64,000 bases of DNA, taken from assembly GCA_002245135.1 (NCBI GenBank), contig NGBS01001187.1:1-64000 (forward strand). Direction: 5' to 3'. Source of the DNA: Proteromonas lacertae (Eukaryota). This document shows, piece after piece, positions 12,708-24,954 of the stretch; positions within the stretch are counted from its first letter, which is position 1; every line of letters begins with the position of its first letter. A program made the position numbers and the translations under genes. The notes under the pieces were generated by a model. The model made no database searches and had not been told where the DNA came from. It worked only from the letters and a program-made list of their open reading frames with translations.

Positions 12708-14649
12708 ATGAAGTTTTATTTGTCATTGTTGAGTATAATAAATGTTATAATGTAATAGTAATATTCTTTTTATGTAGTGTGAGCTGTGGTCGAAGTAATT
12801 TGAGGTGTATGTAGTTCTATTTTTTATTTTTTAGATCTTGGAGAAGAGAGAGAAATGGCACAACCAGATGATGATTCCACAACTGCAGTTGAAAATACCA
12901 TAATTACATTTAAGGCAACAGCTGGTACATTTTACATAAAAGGAGAAGTAGCGGTTAGTTTTATATCTGAATCATCATTTAAGTTATATGAAGTCGGAAC
13001 AACAGGTACTAATACGGTTGAATATACTTTAATACCAAAAATTGTTTGTGATGGAACAAAGGATGGTGGTAAAACATGTGAAGGTACAACAACAGATGAT
13101 TGTGCTAAAATTAAATTTTCAATCAAAGAGAGTACTTTAACTGTTATTCAAAATTTATCTGGATATGAAGGTAATAGTCTTAAAGAATTAACTGCAGATA
13201 ATGAAATTAAAGAAGCAAATGATGCATTGAAAACTTATTCCAATGCAAGTAAATGTGTAAAAAAGCCTTCTGATGATAATTTTAATTTACCAGAAAATAC
13301 TCAAATCACATTTAAAATTGAAAATAAAGGTGTAGTTCATGTATTAAATACTGCAGCAGTAAGAATATCAGGAAGTGAATATACATATTATACTGTTACA
13401 AGAACAGAAGATAAATCTACAGGAACAAAATTAACATTTACACCTAAAAGCGAATGTTTAGGAAAATCTAATCCACAATCTTATTATACATGTCCATCAA
13501 CATCACCACAAACATGTGACAATATAAACGATGTAAAAGTGAAATATACATCAGATGAATCAATGACAATTGAATCACCTAGTGAAGGAATATACTGATT
13601 TAAAGAAAGATACATCACAAACAAATATTGAATTATATAAAAATAATGCTAATGCTAAATGTAATGTAAAACCTGTTCCAGATGCAGTTAATTTAAAGTA
13701 TGTGGAAGGTGAATATACAGTAATAATAACTAAAACTGCAGCATTGAAATACAAAACAAATGATAATATGGAATATACATATTATTCTACTGTTAAAAAA
13801 GTTGATGGTAGTTTAGGTGGTTCAAAATATACATTAACAGGTAATTATAAATGTGCAAATAAACAATCAACAACATGTACTTCAGCTGAAAAAGCAACAA
13901 CAGATTGTGATAAAATAGAATTAGAAGTTAATTATTATAAAGATAGTAAAGATGATAAAGAATATATAAAGATAGTAAAACTATCTGAAATATCTGCATC
14001 TCTTGCTGAAGAAGCTGATCTTACATTAGTAACACAAAGAGCAAATGACAAAGCAATTTGTAAAGGTGGAGATAGTGGAGGTGATAAAACTGATAATTCA
14101 TATCCAGAACCAATTGAAGATAATAAAGTGATAAAAAGAATTAAAGACGAGATAAATTATATACTAGCAAAAGATAAATATTATATTGTAAAAGAAAATA
14201 ATTATCAAATATCCTTTCCATTAACAAGAACTACTGAAGGTAATAATAATTTCACCACATTTCAAGGTTCTGATGATGAAACAAAACTAGTTAAATCTCA
14301 AAGTGGATATTATCTACAAGGATTTACAACTGAGATAAAGAATCTACATGAATGTATAGATACAGATAAGCCTTTTGTTTCAATTTCCTGGATGAATAAT
14401 AATTGTCATAATAAAACTGGAATAGTTGAGAAATTGATAGAAACAGTAGGTGATAATAGTAATGGAATTAATCTTAATTTGACTTTGAAGAATGGAACAA
14501 TTGAAGTTCATCACTACTTGCCAGATAATAAATTAGGAGTTTTTTTTGGTAATATAACAACTGAATTTACTCCTTCTGAGTTAGAAGATATTGGTTGGAG
14601 TGTAATACCTACCATATTATTCTCAGTAGTTATTTTATTATTATTATAG
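12708..14649 (+). CDS. Secreted, C-terminally anchored surface protein with three ~120-aa 4-Cys repeats (one frameshift near 13595)
   Basis: Spliced N-terminus MKFYLSLLIIFFLCSVSCGRSNLRYLGEEREMAQP is a signal peptide. Thr/Lys-rich repeats each carry 4 Cys. The protein ends EDIGWSVIPTILFSVVILLLL* (GPI- or TM-type tail). Confidence 0.75.
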
Positions 14650-14745
14650 ACAGTTGATTATTATAGTCATATAAAACAACATACTTATTATTTGTTTCTT
14701 TTTTGTTTTAATCTCATAATCAGATATATTTCTTTTGTATCTTAG

Positions 14746-15149
14746 ATGGTAATAATTTTACTACTTTTACAGTTGCTGAAGATGCTACACCTTATGAATC
14801 TGAAAGTGGTTATGTTAAGAAAGCATTTAATGAGCAAATACAAGAAGAATATCGATGTACTGCTCAAAATAAAGATTTCTTATCAATTTCTTGGTTTAAA
14901 AAGAATTGTGGTAATTATACAGGTGTTACTAATAAATTAATATCTGAATTAGATTTTGAAGGTATTTCGTGGAATTTGACATTAAAGAATGTGACTAATA
15001 TGGTTTGTTTTTATGAATCAGAAAATAAACCATTTGGAGAACATATTGGTAATATAACAGAAACTTCATTTGAAGCTAAATTTGAAGATGTTGGTTGGAT
15101 TATTATACCAACATTTTTATTTGCAATTATTCTAATTCTTTTATTTTAG
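14746..15149 (+). CDS. Second, paralogous terminal exon of the 12708 surface-protein gene (putative alternative last exon)
   Basis: Follows a T-rich tract and AG at 14744-45. Open frame (D)GNNFTTF...LSISWFKKNCGNYTG...WNLTLKN...GNITE...EDVGWIIIPTFLFAIILILLF* is collinear with 14240-14649 and has no start codon of its own. Confidence 0.75.
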
Positions 15150-15235
15150 ATAGTAGATTTATTTAAAATAAATGTTATTATTATATTTGTAAATGTGTAT
15201 TTATTTTATAGATAAAACAACAAATTATAAATGAT

Positions 15236-15659
15236 TTACTTATTAGGGAATTTAAACTATTCAATATATACATAAATACAACATAAATATACATTTTCAA
15301 ATTTATGATATACTTTATTCAAAGCAGGATTGAGAAACTAAAAATGTTTAAAAAATCAAATATACTTGATTTATATAATAATTACAACCTCCACATCCAT
15401 CTTGTTCACCATAACACCACACAGATAAATCAGCATATCCTAAAACTAACCAATGATGAGTTGTTTTGGCATGCTCTATCATATGACTTTTGCCAAAACG
15501 ACCACATCGACAACATCCACAGCTTAAACATATCCAAGGTTCATTTTCTTCACCACATACTTCGCATTTCAAAATTATATTCTTTGGGTTTAAATCTATA
15601 TTTAGTAAGTCACACAGATGTGGACAATTGAGTAAAGGGGTTACTTCAAACATTTGCAT
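15236..15659 (-). CDS. Stand-alone zf-UBP (BUZ) ubiquitin-binding zinc finger protein, 3 exons
   Basis: CPHL...CEVCGEENEPWICLSCGCCRCGRFGKSHMIEHAKTTHHWLVLGYADLSVWCY matches the HDAC6-type zf-UBP pattern. Confidence 0.85.
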
Positions 15660-15795
15660 CTCTGTTTAGTGAAATAAAATGAAAAATAAAATAAATAGGA
15701 ATTTCTATACTTGACTCAGATCTTGTTTCAGATTTATTTTTGAATTTTTACATGACAGTGTAAACAACAACAGAAAACAAGGTATTTAATACTTA

Positions 15796-17664
15796 TTACT
15801 TTTTAGAAAACCATATTATTTTCAATCTTTTACTATCATCTTTATTCTTCTTTTTATAATCTTTCTCTTCATCACTACTAATAGATTTATTATCACTATC
15901 ATCATTATAATCTCTATTTCTTTTCAATGAAATGTATGGAATCGCATTACTATACCATTTATCCTCAAATTCATCTAATTTCATTTTCAATTCATTCTGA
16001 CTCAAAAACTTGTTATCTTTTAACCATTTCAATATATTATTCAAATAATTACTCATATCTACTTTATTATTTTCTTCATTTATTTTATCAATTTCTCTTT
16101 GTCTCTCATATATAGTAGCTTCTATCAAATTTCTCATCTTTTTTATATCTGTTGTTAGTTTGTCTTGATCACTCAAGTCTTTTTCAATTAATTGTATTGT
16201 ATAAACATAATTAAAATTGAGATTACCATCTTCACTTTCTTCTTCTTCTTCAAATTGTAATAACGATTTTTCATCAAAGATATTATCATTATAAATTATA
16301 TTATATTGCCATTGTCCATGTAATGTTTCATTATAATATAATAATCCTTCACTTAAACTTGTCTTACAATCAATTTCATATTTTATATGTTCAAATTCTA
16401 TTGATTTATTAGTCAAATATTCTTTTATTACAGTGGTTATTACAGGAATTCTTGTTGTTTGTCCACAAAATATCAATTTCAATGGTTTAATTTTCATACT
16501 ATTTGTATTAATATACAATGTAACTGACTGTATTAATTGATTTAATAAATCCTTCATAAATTGAGATTCTTGAATTTTATGATTGATATAATTTATAGGT
16601 ATATTTAATTCAACTTCTTTACCAGGAATCAATCGAGGGATTTCTATATATATTTCATCAGGATTAAATGATGTTGAACTTTTCATATCATTTACAGCAT
16701 TAATTAATCGATTATATTGTTCATAATCATTGTAGAAATCTTTACCAAATTTATCTAAAATTATTTCACATAATATTTTGTAGAGGTATAAATCAAGATT
16801 TCTACTTCCTATTTCTTTATTATAATTTGAATATTTCACTTCCAATTCACCCTATTCAAATATATTATTCAAATATATAATTAAAATACATTTTTAAAAT
16901 GACAAACAGTAGTTTGAGTTGATATATAACCAATATCAATAAATAATGCATATTCATCATATTCTTCAGTTTTATGATAAAAATGATTATAAGCATATGT
17001 AATACATGGACATATATACTCAGGTAAATAGAATTCGATATTCATTTTATATATTTTACACAATAATTTAAATTTTGATATTGTCTTTGAGTTATAATAG
17101 GATGGAAAGGCAAAACAACAAGAGAGCAAGATATTTTGGTTGTTTTCTTCATCGGTTGTACGTTTTTTCTTTGTTTGAATATTGCTGTGATTGTAATGCT
17201 CTACAATACATTCTTTAATGTTCTTTAATTCCATTGCAATCAACTGATCTATTGAAAATTGTACATTTGGATTTTGAAACTAATAAAATTTGAATAAGCA
17301 AAACTAGAATTATACTTTCAACATGATCATATTATGATCTGTTGTGGATCTGACTATTTCGTGTGGAATGTGATATTTTTCTATTTTTTTACAATAGTCA
17401 TAGGATTGTCCAAATAGATCTTTGACATTTAGTGTAAAAGAGTATGGAAATGACAACGATAGCTTCTTTGAGTAATCATTGAATATTCTTTCTTTTTCTT
17501 TGAATAAAATACCAGAACTAAATCATTTAACCTTAATAAAAATACTGAATATAGTATTGAAACGAAGGATTCGAAACTAGCTGATGCTGACGAATATTGT
17601 AGTATGTCCCTGCATAGATGATAGAATCATAAGAACCGAAGTCAATTGCATATATTCGGTTCAT
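15796..17664 (-). CDS. Highly divergent Hsp70/Hsp110-family protein
   Basis: MNRIYAIDFGSY, FAFPSYY, LFIDIGYIST, IGSRNLDLYL and LIFCGQTTRIPVI are degenerate NBD motifs. An Hsp110-like helical tail follows (MRNLIEATIY...ILKWL). Confidence 0.72.
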
Positions 17665-18551
17665 AAAGCTACTCTATCAAATTTGGATTTTTGAAAAAAT
17701 ATTTAAATCAAGCTTTTATAGACTGGCTTGAACTATTTTTGTTTTGAACTATTAAAGTATACTTTCATATTATGGTTATTTACATCCATTACTATAATAT
17801 ATATGATGAAAATAACATAATAGAAGAATATTATAGAAATATTATCATTATTTCTATTATTTATTTGTTGATATTTAACACCTATGGCTCTATTACTTTA
17901 TTCATATTTTATATATAGCAGAATGATATGATAAATGTAATTCAAAGTATGTTCAACAAATGAATTTCATCTAAACAAAAAAGGCAGAGCAGAATGAAAT
18001 ATTTTATTAAAATAACTATCATTCTAACTTGTTTAATTGAATATATATAAGTTCCTACTGAATAGACAGTATGCCTATTCACATCTATACAGGAATTTAC
18101 AGCAATGAAATCATTGCAACAGACAGAACATATATTCACATTCACTTTGTTCCTTATCTTCATTGTGTTTCAGTACAACCTACAATTATTGAAATGAGTT
18201 CTAACTTATCGTATAAACAACATATCTGTATATATTATGCAATAATCATACCGTTACTCCAGTTTTTTCTTCACCAAAAGAGAATGATAACGAAAATGAC
18301 AAAAAAGAAATATAGAAATGCATAACTGAATTTGTAACTGATTTTAGAATTTATCATTTCAATTTTTATAATCAATAAGAGTATTTATTATTCCAAATCT
18401 AGCTGTATATATTCATTATTAATTCTGCTATATTATTAATAACTTTTCAGACTTTTATTCTTCAGCTCTTAAATCATTACCTCATTATACTCTTTAGTTT
18501 CAGATCTTGTTTAACCCATTTCCTTTTTATCACATTTTATAATGTTTTTAG

Positions 18552-19313
18552 ATGTACCCTTACCAAGTAAACCCACAAATACCTATGATGGACTTGAGAA
18601 GAGAAAACGAATATTATGATGCAGTTGCATTTCCATATATAGCAGACATGCAAGTGCCACAAGCTTACAACTGCATTCCTCAAGAAGAAGTATATTATGA
18701 CCAACCAGAAAACTATTCAAACGATTTAAACAACAATTATCAGTTGTTCCCACCTAACCAACCTCCTGTTACTCCACTGCAAGGTTTTACTCAGACCCCA
18801 CCTAGTTATTCACCATCATATTCCCCAACAGGTGTATATAGATCGTTTTCAAACCCAAACCCCATTGTAACTCATCTTCCCAATGGAGCTCCCATTCCTG
18901 TGATGGAACAAGATATTAGTTCACCTAACCGTAGTGCATCTAACAGTATTAGTAGTATAAATGGCAGTAACAACAATAATAGTAAGAACTATGAAGCTGC
19001 TGCCTTCCCTGGTCCTCCTATTTATTATTCCAACTTAAAAGAAGGTCCAGCTGGATGTAATTTATTTATATTTCATTTACCTAACTCAATGACAAATTTA
19101 GAATTAGAAAAGTTATTTCAACCTTATGGTGATTTGATAAGTATTACCATTGTTGCTGATAAAGTGACGGGTAGAAGTAAAGGCTATGGTTTCGTTAGCT
19201 ATCAAGATAGAGCTTCAGCGGATAAGGCAATTGCTTCGTTAAATGGTTATCAAATTGGAAAGAAACGTTTAAAGGTTCAAATCAAGAAAGGTGATTTTGA
19301 ATCAGAGATATGA
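18552..19313 (+). CDS. CELF/Bruno-like single-RRM RNA-binding protein
   Basis: EGPAGCNLFIFHLP...SKGYGFVSY...LNGYQIGKKRLKVQIK resembles CELF RRM3. The N-terminus is P/Q/S-rich. Confidence 0.85.
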   Translation: MYPYQVNPQIPMMDLRRENEYYDAVAFPYIADMQVPQAYNCIPQEEVYYDQPENYSNDLNNNYQLFPPNQPPVTPLQGFTQTPPSYSPSYSPTGVYRSFSNPNPIVTHLPNGAPIPVMEQDISSPNRSASNSISSINGSNNNNSKNYEAAAFPGPPIYYSNLKEGPAGCNLFIFHLPNSMTNLELEKLFQPYGDLISITIVADKVTGRSKGYGFVSYQDRASADKAIASLNGYQIGKKRLKVQIKKGDFESEI

Positions 19314-19611
19314 TGAGGTTGAATAACAGATAAATTATAAATATGTGTATTTACCTGTTTTAAAAAAGCCAATTATCATTTTTTTCTCCTTAATTGAAAT
19401 TAACTAGATTTTTAGTTATAAATATATATTATATATATGCATAGAAGTTGGTGTTTTTATAGGGTGTAATTGAATAATTATTGATATTTAATGAATGAAT
19501 AAAAGTGAAGAAAAATAAATTTCAACAAATCAAGCCAAACCTGTTTCAAGCAATAAAACGTTTTTATTCTGTCAGTTTCTATTTTTTTCAATAAATAATA
19601 AGTAAATCAAG

Positions 19612-21204
19612 ATGTCAACTATGTTCCTTCAGACAATTTCCAATGAAGAAGCGTTGGGAAGAATGGCTGTATTCTTATATAAAGATTTATTCTTATTTAG
19701 CATCTTAATATTGGAAATGTCACAAATAAAATAGATGATATAGAAGGTACACATCCAGAAATAAAAGAATATCGTTATACAAATAGACCAGATTTATATT
19801 ACACTGATGATATTGAAGGATCTCATCCAAGACAATTACATCATCCAATAAATGCAGAATCATATTTCTTAAGAACTGATGATATACCATACGCTCAATC
19901 AAAATGTCACAGTTTCACCACTAATAGACATATTAATCCAATAGATCCACATTATAAATTACCAAGTTGTAAAATCGCACCAGCTCCAGTTCCTAAATTC
20001 ATCAGAGACAATATACAAGTCGATGATATTGAAGGAACCAAACCAGGCAAACTCTATCCATATGAAAAGAGAGATATAATCAGTTGTGATGATATAGTAG
20101 GTACAAAACCCGGTTGGAAGCCAAGATACAAGCAATGGCTTGATCCTCCAAGAGATATATTGAATGTAAAAGATATAACAGGTTCAGAATGGAATACATC
20201 CCGACATGTCAATCCATTAGAGCCAAAATACAAAGTAGGAGATTTAGAAATAGCTGATGAACCTAGAGATGTCCATCCTCGTCCATTGCCTAAAGAAATC
20301 CAACCTGATTTAAGATATACAACTCACGACATTGATGGTTCAATAACTGACTGGAAACCAATGTATGATTTAGGAGGAATTACACTATCAAAACGTAAAG
20401 ATTTCAGAGAAACCAATTATGCACAAGATATCAAAGGAGCACAACATGATACGGTTCATTGGAAGTTGAGAACAAACCGTGTTGTTGATCCATTAGATCC
20501 TCAATATATTGGTTTAGATGGTGTTCCAATGGATGATGCTTTATATCGATGTCCAACTCCACCAAATCCTACATCAATACCTCCAGTGAGATCAACAGAA
20601 GCTGTGATTGCTGAAAAGGAATTTGAATTGAGGAATTTGTCACAAGAAATTAGAGAGATGAGACAAACTTTGAATAATACAATGAGTAACACTGGTTCTA
20701 ATGTAATTGGTAAACCACCAAGAGATCCAAGTATTCAACCTGTAACAATCAATAATAATAATGATAATAATAAAAATAATACCGTTTCATCTTTGAATAA
20801 TTCAATGAATAATAGTAACAGAAGTTCAAGAAATCAATCGAATAAAAGTTCAGGAAGAAGATCACAGACTGTTTCACCTAATATGAGTAGAAATTCTTCA
20901 CAAAATATAACACCTCAACAATTAACGCCTTTGAGATTATCAAATCCTGTAAGTCCTATTAATATTGAGAAAACTATGTCTTTGAGTCAAACTGTTTCGA
21001 ATATTGTGAGTGGTGATACTTCTAAACCTATTGTTATTTCACATAGATCGAATACTTCAAGTGTATGATTTATTATATTGTTTTATATTATTTAAATAGA
21101 AGAGACATACTCCTAAATGTGATATTGAATCTGTGAGAAGTTTACCAGAAACACCAATGTCACAAAAGAATTTGGGAAGTGGAACTAGAGATTTTCAAAT
21201 GTAA
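19612..21204 (+). CDS. Uncharacterised repeat protein with DDIEG-like and RxxNPLxPxY motifs, 3 exons
   Basis: Spliced ORF with IDDIEGTHP, TDDIEGSHP, VDDIEGTKP, CDDIVGTKP, HDIDGS and QDIKGA, plus RHINPIDPHY, RHVNPLEPKY and RVVDPLDPQY. A coiled coil and a terminal DIESVRSLP follow. Confidence 0.75.
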
Positions 21205-21320
21205 TTAATGTTTTAAAATAAAATTATTAAAATTAATGTTATTTTTAAAATGAGTGAGTGTATTAAAATAAAAATTAAGTGTGACGATTCATGTTTCTGA
21301 AACGATAAAATATTTTTAAA

Positions 21321-23929
21321 ATGGTTTTATTGAATTTAATTGATACAACGAACAATCTGAGAGGGTTGAGTGATGATTCAGGTATATATTATTTATTAGT
21401 TGTGATTTGTTGAATGATTTTATTTCTCTTCTTCTTAATTTTTTATTTTCTTTCTATTTATTTAAATCTATTATATTCATAGATGGATTTCCTCATGTGG
21501 TTTTGGAATATATTTTCTATTTCATTTTCATAAGCATCTCTTTTATTGGCTATTTTCTTTTCAAATGGCAATATAGAGCTGCTCTTAACCTCTGGTCCTC
21601 TTTAAACAATGAATTAAATGTAATGGCGCTATCATCAAAACCACTTTACGAATTAGCTTCAATTAAAGATGAAACACTAGAACAATTCTTCTCGTTTATA
21701 TCTCCTAATTCATCTCAATTAATAGATCTAACACCTACCGAGATGAACAGACCATTTCGGTATTGGATTAGCGATTGGCAAACTATACAGCTTGTTACAA
21801 AGGATATGTTAGGTCAAGGTATAGTGGTATGTTCGTGTAAAGGATTTTATATTAAAATTCAACAGATGGAAATCACAGAAAACCTATATCTTTGTAAATT
21901 TATGAAATGTTTTCATTCAACAGAGTTTAATCCAACAACATTGTCAGATTATCCATCCTTAAAATATGAAATACCATTTACAGATAATTACATCACAATC
22001 AACAAAGATAGTGGTCAAATCATTCAAATTAGTTCAGAAATAGTCAAGCAGCTTGAGTTACCAACAAACACCAGTACAGGTGTATCTTCTGTCATATCAA
22101 AACCGTTTGAAAACTACCTGTTAGGTGAATGTTTAAAAGATAATTTCATGAAAACTATCACTTATTTATATTCCTTAAACCATAATTATATTCGATCTTA
22201 TCTATTATTAACCAATAATTCAACCACTAATTTACGTAGAATACCATATATTGCTGATATTCGAATATATGATGAATCTTTAATGATTCATTTACATGAT
22301 TTAAGAATAGAATATGAAATGAATATAGAAAATCCATTAATCATTATCGATAATAATGACACTATATTATATGCAAATGATAAATGGAAAATATACAATA
22401 TAAACTCTAGTTTATTACTATCTCGTGAATTTAAGAGTTTTATTAAAGCTGAATTCCGTAATTTGTATAATCTATCAGGATTAATCGGAACATCAGGACA
22501 AATATTGAAATTACAATTTGATGAAGATGTTGTTTTTGATGCAAGTATTCATGCTCATTACTACGGATTTGAACAGAAAGATGAATGTGTTTTAACTAAT
22601 AGCAATAATAATAACAATAACAGTGAAATAAATGAAGTTAATAATATGAATGGAAATAATAATAATAATAATCATGCTGTAATAAATAATCGATTAAATA
22701 CTGAAATTAGGCAAAACTCTTTGGTTTTATTGGAAATATTACGTGTTGATACAATGAATACTGAATCTAGTTTTGAAGGAGCTTCTTTACTTCATGATAT
22801 TAGGAATAAAGTAAATAGTATTGCAATAGATGTTGATATAAGCAAACAAACATTAAAGCAACTAGAAAATGTAGAGAAAATGAGAGAAAATAATGTATTA
22901 GTTAGTTTAAAAGACACAATGCAAGAAATTGGTAGAAAGAATGCTGATTTAAGAGAGGATTTATCTCATCGATTAGATATAATTAAAAGTGCCAATAGTT
23001 CATCAGAATCTACATTTGTATCAGTCAATTTCTATAGAGAAATCTTTAAAATTGCTGCTAAGAATTGCCAAAGTGAAATGAATAATAAATGTGTAGAATT
23101 GAGTGAAAAATGTGATTCTATTTTAATGAATTCAAATACTTATGTTTTATGTGATAAATGTTATTTAAAAAGAGCATTTGAGAATTTATTGTTTAATGCT
23201 ATTAAATTTACACCTTATCACGGAACTATTACATTTTCAGCGTTATTAGATGAATCTAATGATAGTTATTATACCATAATTGTAAGAGTTAAAGATACTG
23301 GAACAGAACCAATTGATGAATCTCAATTTGAATCTGTTTTTGGTATTTTTACACAGACAAAGAATAGAAAGGGAGGTTATGGAATTGGATTATCGTTTGT
23401 GAGATTAGCTGCAGCAAGACATCATGGTAGTGTATGTGTTGAAAGTAGTAGTAAAAGTGGAACTTGTATAAAAATGACTTTAACTTTGAAAAAATCAAAT
23501 AAACCTGAAGATGTGAATTTGAATGAGAAATTTGTGGGTAAAAATGCATTAATTATTGATGATGCTCAAAGTAATATATTACTAATGAATAAAGTATTGG
23601 ATAAATTAAAGATAGTGAGTGAAGGAGCAAATGATTCAAAATCAGCATTAATGTTGATTAAACAGAAACATTATGATATTATATTTGTAGATAAAGTATA
23701 TATATACAATTATATAGTAATTATTATTTAGAATCTTGGAAATGAAGATGGTTGTGATGTAATTCGATCAATTGAAGATAAAAACCATTCAATTATCATA
23801 GGTAGAAGTGGAGATGAACAAGCAGCTATTTCATTCATGAATGCTGGCGCTGATTGTGTAATGTTGACAACTGAATCAAAAGATAGTTTAATTAGAAAAT
23901 TAAATCCATTAGTCAACAAAATTAATTAA
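21321..23929 (+). CDS. Membrane-anchored hybrid sensor histidine kinase with receiver domain
   Basis: H-box LLHDIRNKV, N-box ENLLFNAIKFT, G1 VKDTGT, F FGIFTQ, G2 GGYGIGLSFV. Receiver ALIIDDAQSN...YDIIFVDKNLGNEDG...AGADCVM. One N-terminal TM after splicing intron 21382-21482. Confidence 0.88.
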
Positions 23930-24252
23930 ATATAACAAAAATCCTAATTTAATTAATTTAAATTATATATATTTCAAGTTAACATAATGAATTAATTCAC
24001 TAACATGTGTAATATATAATAAAAAAGTAGCATTCTCTATCAACCTTACTCTATCTTATAGCCCTTCCCTAAAGATAACTGTAAATGTCAATAACAAATG
24101 AATCATTCTAAATTAATAGAACTTTGAATTAAGTCGAGCTATGTAACGACAACCATTCAATAAATAGTCAGTTTCAATCTCAATTAGTAGTAGCAAAGGT
24201 TGTACACAATAATAATAACAGATAAATGACAAATGTTCGTAAAAATAGTAAT

Positions 24253-24772
24253 TTATCTTCTTTCATGACTTCGACTTCTTTCTCTACGGTGACCTCCATG
24301 ACCACGATCATCTCTTCTTCCTCCGTGACCACCATAACCTCCACCATATCCACCTCTTCTGTCATTTCTATGTCCTCCAAAACCTCCACCTCGTCCTCCT
24401 CTGCCTATTTAATATAACTAATAAATATATCATACTTCCTCTTTCTTCTTTTGAATGTGCTTTCATTACTTGTAATGCTCTTCCGTCTAATTCTTGACCA
24501 TCCATTTCAGCTATAGCTTTATCACAAGCTTCAGCATCTTCGAATGATACAAATCCAAAACCTCTACTTCTTCCACTTTCACGATCTTTAGCAATGTAAC
24601 AGTCTGTTATGCTTCCAAATTTACTGAATGCTTCTTGCAATTCTTCGTTTGACATTTTGAAGGTTAAATTTCTTACAAAACTACATCAAGAATTAAAAAT
24701 ATTTCAATACATTCTATTTTCTGAACTTGGTGCTGGAGCACGTTCTTGTTGTTGTTCTTCGTTATCTGACAT
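24253..24772 (-). CDS. Glycine-rich RNA-binding protein (RRM + RGG tail), 3 exons
   Basis: IFVRNLTF...DRESGRSRGFGFVSF...MDGQELDGRAL, then RGGRGGGFGGHRNDRRGGYGGGYGG...RSRSHERR*. Confidence 0.9.
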
Positions 24773-24954
24773 TGTGTAAAGCTACATAAACATAACATAT
24801 TACAAGAAATACATTTTAAAAGAATGAAAGCCCAAAATGAGTATGTATAATGATTTGGAATCTTATATTAATCAATAAGTTCTCATCACTTTACGAACAT
24901 GTAAAACCTACATTATTTTTCGTTCATTTTTAAACCCAAAAAACAGAATTACAT

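Noticed and set aside
14746..14940. 64-aa ORF starting at ATG 14746
   Set aside because: Wrong frame. The conserved paralogous reading is the phase-1 frame ending at 15149.
17700..18551. Unusually long spacer with small ORFs (17942, 18071); possible ncRNA
   Set aside because: No recognisable motifs or structure. An AG acceptor directly before ATG 18552 suggests an intron-containing 5' UTR.
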